From Tubulanus polymorphus (lineage: Eukaryota > Animalia > Nemertea), in the NCBI RefSeq assembly GCF_964204645.1, contig NC_134032.1:3620175-3684174 (forward strand): a DNA stretch of 64,000 bases. The letters run 5' to 3'. This document shows, one piece after another, positions 1-11,392 of the stretch. The number at the start of each line of letters is the position of its first letter. Positions within the stretch are counted from its first letter, which is position 1. Under the pieces are notes generated by a model, which did no database searches, had not been told where the DNA came from, and was given only the letters and a program-made list of their open reading frames with translations. The position numbers were made by a program, and so were the translations under genes.

Positions 1-939
1 ACCCTTGCAAGGAAAGGATGAAAGTCTCTGAATTCAGGCATGAATTACACCGCTAACCTTAGTTTCTGATAAGGATCATAGAGCGAAAAGGTGAAGCCAA
101 AATCAGTCGACCTTTTTAGGAACGAAAAAGGTAACACACAGTGGACTCAGTTTTCGGCTGACCCATTTCGTAAGCTGAAAGGCACTTGGTAGATACACAT
201 ATAAGAATGACTGATTGATCAAAGCATGTCAAAATTTGTAAAAATGTGTAAAAAGTGCTGATTTTGGCAGTCAGCCATATTCATTCAAACCGGTCAGTTT
301 TTGGGTAAAGGATCACTGACGGGGCATTATTCCTGTTATATATGGGCGCTATTTTGCCCATAGTAATTGGCTCGGATTAGAATCCCACACTAATCCCACG
401 ACTCAAAAAATCTGTAGAGAAAATACAACAGAGAGAGAAGAACAGTATTCGAACTCTGGCCTGCAAGCACTAGCACAGCGACACTGCTTGACCGAGGCAG
501 CCAAATAAAGTTGGAATGTTTTACCTACACGTAGCCCTCAATCTAACCTTAACTCAACCCTCTGGACCATATAGATCTTTATTAAATGCATTATGATTAA
601 ATGCATGATTTTTTTTTCATTTGAAAATGTGATAAAATTGTGAATAAAGTGAATTTGACGCGTCGATTGACGCGTCAAAAATGCTATTTTAATTCTGACA
701 GTATTTCCATGCCATACTATTTCGACTACGCACTAGTTAACTTTAAATAACTTTTGTACAACTGCGGCCCCTGCACAGTCGTCCTTTTAATTCAATAAAC
801 AAACATTGTTGTTTAATTAGCTGCGGTGCTGAGGATGGGATGGGTGGTCACTTAATATCCATATTCTCACTGACAAATTGGATATATTTATGTTTCGAAT
901 ACACTTAGCTTAAGTCATCGTAGCTGTGATGATCATGTT

Positions 940-2000
940 GACGACTTGTCAAAATGACGACTAACACTTTAGAGTAAATTGAATTGGAAATATAGATTGA
1001 GACCAAAGAATTGAGATGACTTCTGAAATGAAATGACTTTCCCAAATGATTTCTTAGAGCCAATAAATTGAAATGTTTGTTTAGTTAGTTATTTAGTTAT
1101 ATTTCGGGAATAGGGAAGTTTCCAGTTACCGGTTGTCTCAACCGGTGTCCACGCGCGTTTCTAAGATGATATTTTTACGCAGTATCAAAAATATCCTCAG
1201 ATAAAACTTCATCTTCAGTGAAAAATTCTAAATTGTATCTCAAAAAATGAAAAGAGATACTGCCAATGATACAAAATCACCAATTTATTTGAGTCGCCTA
1301 CCTAAAAGTGACGTATCTTTTTAACATGTAACTGTGTTCGATTGTTGCAGCCGAGAATAATGAAATAAACACCATCAGAAAATAGAAATTGTCACCTTTC
1401 TAACGATTCGTATGTTTGAACTTTGTGCCAAAAGAGGGATGGACGACAATTAGGTTTTAGTTTAAAATATGTTAAAATCTGTCCGACCTTTGGGACCGCC
1501 TCAAAATGGCACCTGGTTACTGGAAACATCCCTATTGGAAATACTGATTAGAAGGACTTAAAAATAGAAATGATTTCAGTGGTGTGAAGTCTTATATCCA
1601 GATAATGGCTTACATTAGTAAACTGAATTATGAAATATGAATCTAGACTCAGAAATAAAGACGACTTCAGTTAAGTGACGACTATTCCAATTAATATGAC
1701 TTACATTCATAATAAAATTGTTACACTTAGTAAATTGTATTATACAAATCGGGACTAAAAATATCGAGACGACTTCAGTAATGTGACGACTCAAAATATC
1801 CAAATAATGAATGATATTAGTAATAGAATTATGGATATGAATTTAGGATCAGAAATCCAGACTTCAAATGAAGACTAACACTTGATAAATTGAATTAAAA
1901 TGCAAATTGGGATTCAAAATAGAGATGACTTCAGTAATGTGACTACTAATCTAAATTCGTATAACGTACACTTAGTAAATTGAATTGGAAGAAGTTGTGA
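940..2000. repeat. Degenerate ~105-bp satellite-like repeat array
   Basis: Recurring blocks such as 'gacgacttcagtaatgtgacgact' and 'acacttagtaaattgaatt' near 950-1020, 1570, 1660, 1770, 1860 and 1925; interrupted by the MITE at 1109-1536. Confidence 0.55.
1109..1536. mobile_element. MITE-like non-autonomous DNA element
   Basis: Imperfect terminal inverted repeats: AATAGGGAAGTTTCCAGTTACC ... GGTTACTGGAAACATCCCTATT; non-coding interior. Confidence 0.7.
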
Positions 2001-2035
2001 TTTTGAGTGTATCGAGAATAGAAAATACAACTTAC

Positions 2036-2178
2036 AGTTAGTTAAGAGCAATGAGACGAACGATTTCAATCGACGTGACTCATCCGATAAAGACTTCAGA
2101 GAGTTTGACTAGGAAATCACCGACGATTCTGAACGAATAGTATTTCAGTGGTACAAGTGAAGAACCTGCTCCAGATCG
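2036..2178 (-). CDS. Possible downstream exon of the CAP gene (SEA-domain-like start)
   Basis: Open frame GSSLVPLKYYSFRIVGDFLVKLSEVLSDESRRLKSFVSLLLTN between candidate acceptors (exon start 2178 or 2165) and a GTAAG donor at 2035. The SEA resemblance is by eye only. Confidence 0.25.
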
Positions 2179-3036
2179 CTAGACAACAAACAAACCGAGT
2201 TGCAAATTTTTCTTTTCAATTATCTGCACTAATGTCACCTCGCAGCAATTTTATATAACTGGACGAGCTGCCGCCAATCAAACGCTCCCGATAATAAATT
2301 GCGTTGTCGCGCCGAAGATCTAACTAAAGCGACGATGACAAGAGGTTACTGCTGCTGCTGCTGCGATCGAATTAGAATTGATTCCTGTGTTTCCAACTCT
2401 CTGTTTTGTTTCCGTCCCGTTGTCGCTAATTGGGCGCCGGAATCGATGCGTGAAATTAGCAATTAACCGGTACCGGTATTGTCCTCATCGGCAGACCATT
2501 ACAGCCTGAACGATTCGGTAACAGTAACGCGGCAAGTGCTCGACATTGTTTCCGATTCGATTGTATTGTTTACTAAAAATGTCTTCGTTACTCGATAAAA
2601 ATCAAAACGCGATTTAATAAGGTTTTAATATTTCGCATGCTCCCTCGCTTGCCAGGGCTTGTTTGCCTCCCGCCGAAGGTCGCGTTAATTACATAATCGA
2701 GTCGAATGAGATCGTCGAGTCCAGAAATCATGACCTTGACAATAGCATCGATTAAGGTTGTTGAGTGCTGTTACGTGCCTCATTGAATACAACTAGCAAA
2801 TAGCATAATTGAGTCCCGCGCACACATCGCAGCTGAACAAAATCAGAGCAATAATGCGCGTAACTTTTTCATTGAATGACGCCATAAGTTGTAAAATCAA
2901 CGGCCAGAAATGGTTAAAGGCGGTTCTTTATTTCATGAGGGGTATTCTCCTAAAAAAATCCTAGACCTCCCAGAGTGACTAGGTTGGAACACGAGAATAA
3001 AATAAACGACAAAAAATGCTGATAACCTTAAGATAC

Positions 3037-3107
3037 GCCTTTAGCTGAACTCGAACCTGCGACCTCCAGCGCGCCAGACGAGCACGCTAATCACTCGACC
3101 ATAGACC
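3037..3107 (-). mobile_element. tRNA-derived SINE head / tRNA pseudogene
   Basis: Minus strand GGTCTATGGTCGAGTGATTAGCGTGCTCGTCTGGCGCGCTGGAGGTCGCAGGTTCGAGTTCAGC has A-box and B-box (GGTTCGAGTTC) at tRNA spacing; the acceptor stem does not pair well. Confidence 0.6.
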
Positions 3108-3341
3108 AGGATTGACTGACGAAGTTTGTAAGTTTGTCTGGCGATTAAAGTGACTGGTGACCAGTCAGGTGAAGTGACTTGGTGCATGGTGACTGTTGGC
3201 CGTTTCTATGGTCCGCTCATTCTATGGTTACTGCAGTACCTTATCAGCCCTTAACCCTCTCTGATTACGAGTCTCGCATTGTAAGAAATCAAACTAATAT
3301 AGTTTGTGCACGCTGCAGTTCATGTATTTTTTGCTATATTT

Positions 3342-3467
<126 letters not shown>

Positions 3468-3868
3468 CATACGCCTACATCAATAAATCTACGACATATG
3501 ATTTCGTCTGTTTAGTCACGGAGTCGTCCACTAGATGGCGCTATACTCACCTGTGTGGTGTTATTTGTCAATCGCCCGAATACATGTTTCAATATTCTGG
3601 AGTTTGTAGGCCGCCTACACATGTATCTCCTCTTCTTGCGGCGACGCGCCCGAGAGCGGCCATTTTTCTTCGTAAAACGTATCTTGCAGATAACAAATTT
3701 CTGTCGTCCTAAAAACATATCGAAAAAACATTTTTTATTGAATGTTCACTTAGGAAAGTCGACTAGAGACCCTGTCTCCGGCTGAATGGTTGTGTTGAGC
3801 GCATTTTTTCACGAGGCATTTGACAAATTTCAGTGACTATCTTCACTGGCTGCTAAAGATATATCTAC

Positions 3869-6800
3869 CGTTTGACTCGTCTGGATGTGGCGCACTTGGA
3901 GCTGGAGTCCTGGTACTTGGAGTCGAAGTTATCTTCGAATTATGAGTCGTTGTTGATGTTGGAACGAGAGTCGTTGGAGCTGGAGTCATTGGAGCCGGAA
4001 TTGTTGGAGATGTATCCGGTGTCATACAAGACGCTTCTAAATCCTTCATCTCCAGGTTAGAATCGATCCCGTCAAACTGTTGCGTCACACTTTCATCCGT
4101 TCTCACTTTTGTACAATTTACTACAGAACAAACGAGAAAATGAAGTTTATCAACGCCTTGAAAAATAAAACATATTTCGTAATGTTGTCGATAACGAATT
4201 ATGTGATACAAATTGTATGTTAAGGATAATATTGTATTTGTACATATGGATCTTGCGAGAACCCTCGAGAAAATTACGAGATCTCGCGATAACATTTGAG
4301 AAACGATAAGAGGTCCCGTATCGTTTATCGAAGGATCTCGCGAGATCCTGTATCGTTTCTCAAAGGTTCTAGCGAGGAACATACGAGATCCTCGCTAGAA
4401 ACTTCGGGAAACGCGACGGGATCTCGTTAGAACCTTCGAGACACTTACGCGAACATGAATCGTCGCTGTTAACGTACGGTTTGACGGAAGATACGAAAAA
4501 TCTATGGCACCAACAACTGCAGGTGACTGGATAAAGCAAAGCGTTATAACTGCACACATTCCTGGTACCACAATCTGAAAACAGACGACAGAACAATACA
4601 ACTAGAATTGTTGTTTATAATGTGGATCTACCGACTGAAGCAACTTAAGGAGCTTCAACAAAAGACGTCCACGCAAAATTTCCAAGATTTGACCTCCCTC
4701 CCCCATGTCCACAGATAAATGTCTACATTGCACTACCCCTACCTCTGTCCATCGGAGTAAGAAAACGACCAAAGACATCATCCAGTCATTAGAAATAATG
4801 TCTTTTTCCTTTATTTATTTTATATTCCCCCGCCCAATGCGTTACTTGAAACTCACCGCATAACTGATATTCTGCGTTGAAGTTGTTGGGACAATCCAGT
4901 GAAGGTTCCGCACTCAGCTTTCGTTCACTGTTTTGATGGACTTTCCTATGGGTAAGCAAACATATTCAGGATGAATTGAATTTGCAGATATTCCTGGAAT
5001 CATGGATCGTCATCTATCAGAATTTAACGAGCCGAAACTGGCTGAATTTCGATGAACTTGAACTTGAACTTTAATTTTATTGCTCCATATAATACACAAG
5101 TTACATAGGAAATGACATGCAATAAAATATTAACATCAAGACACAGGGAAAACAGTACAAGAGTGGACATACATTTAAAATCGCTTTTATAATGGATAAC
5201 ATAGGAATAGAGAATATTTAAAAATAAAATATGTTAAACGTAAAACAAAATATAATACTACAGCAAGGAAACTAGGTGGCGATACAATCAAGTGAATATA
5301 ATATAAATAGAATCAAAGAACGGAGGGCAAGTAAAGAGTTAACTAGGTTACACATAAGGCTGGCAATTTCATAGTCTCCGTTGTTATAGGACATCAAAAA
5401 TAGGAATTTATCGAAAACACAAAAAGACTCAAACTCTGTGAAACATACAAGTGAGGATAAAATGGAAACTCTGGCAGGATGAAGCGAGGGACACTCGAGT
5501 AAAAAGTGGGATTCGTCCTCAACGACTTTATTTACAGTACAGTAGAGGCAAAATCTCTCATTGGCTGGTAAAAATGGACGACAGTGACGCGCCGTCTCGA
5601 TTCTAAGCCGATGGGAACCGAGACGCAGTTTGGAAAATTCGCGTCTTTTAAGGAGAGAGTTCGAAATAATATATTTTTCTATTTCAAAGCGTTTTTTAAA
5701 AAGTTTATAAGTTCTTAATTTGGGGTTGGAATTACTGTCGTTGATTTGAAATAGCCACGAAGAAGAATATAAAAGATACATTTTAGACTGGAGCAGTTTG
5801 ATAATTTTATTGGGGTGGTTGGAGCCATGATTAGACCAAACACCATGAAGATCAAATGATTTTAGTATTGAGAAAATTCCAGAACACCAATTTGGGAGTG
5901 TGTCCATACATTGCACACAGTCCAGATAGGATTTATACACTAATGAGGCGGGATTCAATTTACAAAGACGAAACCAAAATTTAACCATCAGGGGAATAAA
6001 TGATATAAGCAAGGGGTACTGGCCTAAGTCGCCGCGAACAGCCGCATTAACGGACCTTTTGTTGACACCAAGTAAGTATTTGCCAAAGTTCAGATAAAGC
6101 TTTTCGCAGGGCAGAGAGTTACAGGTGTTATAAAAATTAGAAGGTTCCAGCTTGGAAACAAAGAAGGAACACCAGACCTCAGTACAATAACCGATAATGG
6201 GACGGATAAGGCTGTTAAAGAGAAAATATGCAGTAGAGACACAATCCCTGATATTAATAGTTTTTAATTTAAATAGGGCCTTAGAAGCACGTTCAAGCAG
6301 GAGGTCACATGCATTATTAAATTTACCAGAAGGAGTGAACGTGATACCTAGATAGCAATAGCTGTTGACAATTTCAATTGGAGAGCCTGAATAGAAGAAA
6401 GAAAGTTTGCTGATGATCCGACCCCCCTTATTGAATATAATTATTTTAGTTTTGGCAAGGTTAACAGATAGACCCCACATATTACAATAAAGGGCCAGTT
6501 TATTAAGGGCACACTGTAAACCAGAGTGGGAAATATGCTAATAATGACAAGGTCGTCGGCATAAAGTAAGCAGTTTATATCTACATCATGTAAGGAAACC
6601 GGGTCACATTCGTCAATGATAAGGGGAAGATCACTTATAAATAAATTAAACAGGATAGGACTTAGTACACAACCTTGTTTGACACCAACATTGGAACCGA
6701 TGACAGAGCTAAAATCACCGTTGCTTTTTACTACATATTTCACATCAGAATAAATATTTTCAATAACAGATAGAAATCTACCACCTATGCCCAGTTGAGA

Positions 6801-9317
6801 CAATTTAGATAGAAGGGCAGTACGTTGGATGGAGTCAAAAGCAGACCGGAAGTCGACAAAGCAGCAGTAGAGTTTTTGTTTAGAGAGTTTTTTGATATAT
6901 TTGTCAATGATTGTTTTAAGGGTTAATATGTGGTCGGCAGTGCGCATACCTTTCTGGAAACCAATTTGGCACTGAGGGATGAGATGGTTGGTAAGTGAGA
7001 AGTCATAAAGGCGTTGATGGAGAACACTACAAAAAAGTTTACATAGATTGCTACTGACAGCAATACCCCGATAATTAGAACAAAGATTTCTGTCCCCCTT
7101 TTTGAAAACAGGGTGAAGGATATTACAGCGCCAGGGGTCAGGAAAAACACCGGTCGACAGAATTTGGTTAAAGATTTTATGGAGTACAGGGAGCAATAGG
7201 CTATGGCCAGCCTTAATCATTTCGTTACATATATTATCAGTGCCATGGGCTTTGCCACACCTGAGTTTTGAGATAGCAGAGGAGATTTCATTGAAGGAAA
7301 TCTCGTGGTTCAGGGGCGACGTAGAATGATTATGGCAGGCTAGTATGGATTCAATTCTATTTTCGGAGAGAGGATGAATGTTGCCAAGAGAGGTATTAAG
7401 GAGACTAGTGAAGTGACTTGACCACTGGGCTAAACTTATATTAGACTTAAACGAGGGTTTGTCAATGTTTCTTAGGTTATCAAATAAATTCCAGTATTCT
7501 CTGGGGTCTTTGGAACGGAGTAGCTCCATCTGAGAGAGAATGAGGTTTTTATAAGACGACTTTTTGCGATTTAGGAGGGTTTTATACTTCTTCTTCAACA
7601 AACGGAATCTACAGAGCAAACGGTGGTCATAAGGGTGTTTACGAAGACAAGGAGCAAGGGACAGGATCTCTTTCTTGAGAGCGGAGCATTCAGAGTCAAA
7701 CCATTTGTTAGAACGACTAGTGAGGTGTGGAGGTCTCGCTTTAGCTTGGTTAGGACGTTTACGCTTATGTAGCTACTAAAGACATGTTGTTCAAAAGACC
7801 ATAATCATAGCTCGCCATCTATTGGATTTTTCCAAAAATTACTGAATGTCCGGAATTGTTAAGTTAAACGAAAATCCAATAGATGGCGATCATTCCCGAA
7901 TTAATGATTTGTGTTTAATTAGGAACCAGTCAGAATTTACAATAAATGGAATGGGTTCGAACCTAGGACCTCTCTTATCATCGATTCAGCATCTGAGACC
8001 AGCTCGGAATCAACTCGGTTTCGAACCCGGGGCAGCCTGATTATGATAATCTGCTTATTAGCTCGGTTTAAAGCTGTTAAGATTTTTTCAATAGTTCGTG
8101 TAGTTGATATTTGTTTAAACTTTGCGTGAGAGGACATCAGTTGGGTGGCCTAGCTCAGCCACTTTCAGTAGAACAAACCTGATAGGTGTTTATAGAACCA
8201 GCACAGATTGAGGCAGCTGAACTGAAACATCAACCTTTTAAATCCATTTTACTCTGTAATGAAGGATTACCAAAAAGTCTTTGAATTTGTGGGAATAGAG
8301 AAATGCGACTCCATGATTTGAATGTGTTGAACATTTGTAAAATCTGATTTATTCAAGGAAATGGTGTCTCTTTTCTCTAAGACAACCCAATTCTAAAGGA
8401 GAATTTTCGGTAATATTTCAATGAAATGATCGATGTTTTAGTTAAGCTGCTCATCTATGATTGTCCCACTAAACAACTTTATCAGGTATGTACTACTGAA
8501 AAGACAGCTCAGCCGGCACCCCACATGCTGTGGCAATTTGATATTCACATTAGACGCCAATTCTGCAAGCTCCATGCGGGTGACTACATGATCAATTCAA
8601 AACTTGAGTGAAATGCTAAATACCTGGGGGGGCTATGTTACAAACGAGAACGTTCTTTTGCGGTGAACACGCCTTCAGACCGCAGCCCAACTTCATAGAA
8701 GTAGCATATTCAAACTAAAGCATTGAAACAAGAAAATATAATCATAGAAATCACGCCATTTTAAGAATCAAATCCCTGACACGATTGACATAGCGCGTTA
8801 CATCTTGAGTTTGTGGAAAACTTTAAAATAAAACTTTTAAAAATTGAGAAATAAGATAATTAGTTCTTGAATAAACGAATTTGTTTCGGTTTTACAAAAC
8901 ATTTTTTCGAATCGACGGGGGGGGGATGGTGGTATAAGGTCTTACTTTCACCGCATTCTCCGGGGAGAGGAACATCGACAGAAACTGATTCGTCGTTCCG
9001 TCACTGAGTTCTCCAGCCGCATCCATGAGAATACCCACGTAGTCACGTGACTCGGCCGCAGTGACGTAATTCCGGTAGTCGTTGATCACCTCATCCGCCA
9101 TTACTAACACCAACTGATCCACGCGACCTCGACCTGAATCGTATAGATTATATTATTCGATGATGACGTCATTAGGGTTGTAGGGAGGGAGGTCTCATGT
9201 TTTATTTCTGGATGGTTGTGTATTACCTGGTATATAGTTCCTCGTTTCGGATGTGACGGTATCGGGACAAGTGGACGCGTAGTTTTCAGCCATACGACTC
9301 AATACAGTATCCCAATA
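3869..9317 (-). CDS. Spliced divergent CAP (SCP/Tpx-1/Ag5/PR-1)/CRISP-like protein with Cys-rich and Thr/Pro mucin-like regions; possibly a pseudogene
   Basis: GT-AG exons: 9317-9227 (YWDTVLSRMAENYASTCP...NYIPG), 9133-8946 (RGRVDQLVL...ENAVK), 8690-8624 (LGCGLKACSPQKNVLVCNIAPP, CAP2-like), 4945-4857 (AEPSLDCPNNFNAEYQLC), 4574-4449 (DCGTRNVCSYNALLYPVTCSCWC...SCS), 4120-3869 (LNCTK...T/P-rich). Phases agree except a 1-nt mismatch at the 8624/4945 junction, next to homopolymers. The 5' exon was not resolved. Confidence 0.8.
4247..4442. repeat. Intronic array of short palindromic sub-repeats (GAGATCTCGCGA / GTATCGTTT type)
   Basis: Repeated direct and inverted motifs, e.g. ggatctcgcgagatcc and ttctagcgagga...tcctcgctagaa. 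Confidence 0.55.
5053..7775 (-). mobile_element. 5'-truncated non-LTR retrotransposon (LINE; RTE-X-like C-terminal Cys/His motif, clade tentative) with frameshifted ORF2
   Basis: RT motifs NYRGIA, QIGFQKG, FVDFRSAFD, GVKQGCVLSP, YADD in 6441-7619; continues after a frameshift near 6535 in 5272-6480, ending LRIETAR...CLYC...EDESHFLLEC. Minus-strand 3' end has AATAAA plus an (AGTTCA)3 tail at 5053-5070. No endonuclease domain. Confidence 0.92.
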
Positions 9318-10966
9318 CTGAAACACAATAACATCGGCAATATCGATTTTACGTGTAATGAGAAGAGAAAATTATCATTTAAGTGTCTAGCTCCCGGTTA
9401 TTAAATGGTTCCTTACAAAATCGGGGGTTGTTCATAACGCGCGCGAAATGTGCGCATCTTTAAGCGTTACGTCCACATGAACTGACTTCCACCGTCTGTC
9501 TTCCACATGCAATGGATTTGACACACAGCACAAAACCTGTCACTTAGAGCCAAAAACCCGCTCTACTTAGGACCTGCGAGTAACATCATTAGTTAACACT
9601 GACTACCCAACTATAACAAGCAGCACACACTCTTAGAACAAAGGGTTCTACCTAAGAACCTTGAGGGCTTCTTGGGCTTGCCTCCCAGGGAGAACCCCTA
9701 AAGGTTCTTCAAAGAACTTGAAGAACCCCTTGTAAAGGTTCTTTGAAGAACCATTTCGTATAAAGGGTTCTTGTTAGAACCCTTTCAATATCATCAAATG
9801 GTTCTTGACAGGATTCTTGGGAGAACCATTCTAAGGTAATTTATTTTTAGGCACGAGTGTACAAGCTTTCAGCTGAATTTGACCTTGACCCTTGACAGTG
9901 GCGTACGTGCGCGTCCTTAGTTACCGTGCGTGAACTTGCTGATTATATTTTTGCGCTGCGCTGTGTGTCATAATATGAATTTTCAATCATTGTTCTAAAT
10001 CTTTAATAGATATTCATTCAGGAAATATGTTTTTGTGGTTTTTAGATTGATAAAATCATATTTCATTATAAAAATACGCAGTGGTCCTCCTGGTTGTGAT
10101 TTTCCTAAAATGGCCGCCGTCGGCGATGTTTTCAATAATTTTTGACGTCAAATTCAAAGATTTCACAGGATAACACTGGATTATGTGCATACGATATCAT
10201 ATTTGATATTGGCAACAGATGAAGGAAGATAACGATGGCTTAATTGGTGTAAATGCGTACGATAGATGCTGTATTTGCCTCTGAAATGCAATATTTCTGT
10301 TCTATTTCCGGGTTCTCGAGTCGACTGACCAGCTGACAGTAAGTACTGCTGATACGTGTGTAGGCTTTTAGTTGACTTTGTAGCTTACCAAAACCACCTG
10401 AACCATTTCTTTACGCAAAATGATAAATAGGTATGGTAGATTCTCTTTGTATAATGGCAGATAATTCGACATTCAATAGTAAAATGATACTCGAAAGACC
10501 TCCTGTCCTGGAGGACTGGACCTGGTGTAGTAGCCGTAGGTCACCGCAGCTCCACAATACTAAAAAGTTCATGCTGATACTTTGAAATGAAAAGGCCTAA
10601 TGCACCGAAGCTGTTTCGGCAGAATATGTGACATGAATTTTTATCCGAATATAGGTCTATTGCAGACTGTACCAGGACTGAACTCAGATTGGCTATGCCG
10701 TAAAGACTTTCCAGTCGAAAATAAGTGGACCAGAATTTCATGTTTTAAGAAAAGGATGGAATTCACCAACAGGAAAGATGATTTGGCTGATAATGTGGCT
10801 GTGGCCACAGTTATATCTCGGTAAGTCAATATCTCATAGGCCTACGAACAGACGTAAGCACGAAATTCTGATTTTTTAACCTCCCTGCCCCATGTACGAA
10901 GTAATAACTGGTAAACAGATTATATCTTAATTGTTTACTTTATTCGTATAGGACTATAGGCTACGG

Positions 10967-11392
10967 CTGACAGTAGAGCGAGCGGGAGGGAATAAACCCG
11001 AACATAACTCTATGTTTTAAAAACCATAAAGTTGCCCATTTCCCATCCACTTCTCTACTGTCAGACAAACAGATATATAGACAGACATAGACAGACATAG
11101 ATAGACAGGATACATTAATAGTTAATAGACTGACAGTAGAGCGAGCGGGAGGGAATAAACCCGAACATAACTCTATGGTTTAAAAACCATAAAGTTGCCC
11201 ATTTCCCATCCACTTCTCTACTGTCAGACAAACAGATAGATAGACAGACATAGACAGACATAGATATACAGAATACATTAATAGTTAATAGACTGACAGT
11301 AGAGCGAGCGGGAGGGAATAAACCCGAACATAACTCTATGGTTTAAAAACCATAAAGTTGCCCATTTCCCATCCACTTCTCTACTGTCAGAC
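10967..11392. repeat. 163-bp tandem repeat (2.6 units) with internal inverted repeat and ACAG/ATAG microsatellite (DINE-1/Helentron-like)
   Basis: Units start at 10967, 11130 and 11293. Each has CTGACAGTAGAG...CTCTACTGTCAG; the two complete units continue with a gaca/gata microsatellite. Confidence 0.85.

Noticed and set aside
3037-3107. Functional tRNA gene
   Set aside because: Acceptor and anticodon stems pair poorly; better explained as a SINE head or pseudogene.
7937-8611. Transposase-like remnant in the CAP intron
   Set aside because: Broken frames with no motif I can name.
9416-9573. Upstream coding exon of the CAP gene
   Set aside because: Splice-like sites are present, but all three frames contain stops, so it could not be assigned.
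10967-11392. CRISPR-like array
   Set aside because: Intervening sequences are near-identical rather than unique spacers; eukaryotic context; no cas genes.
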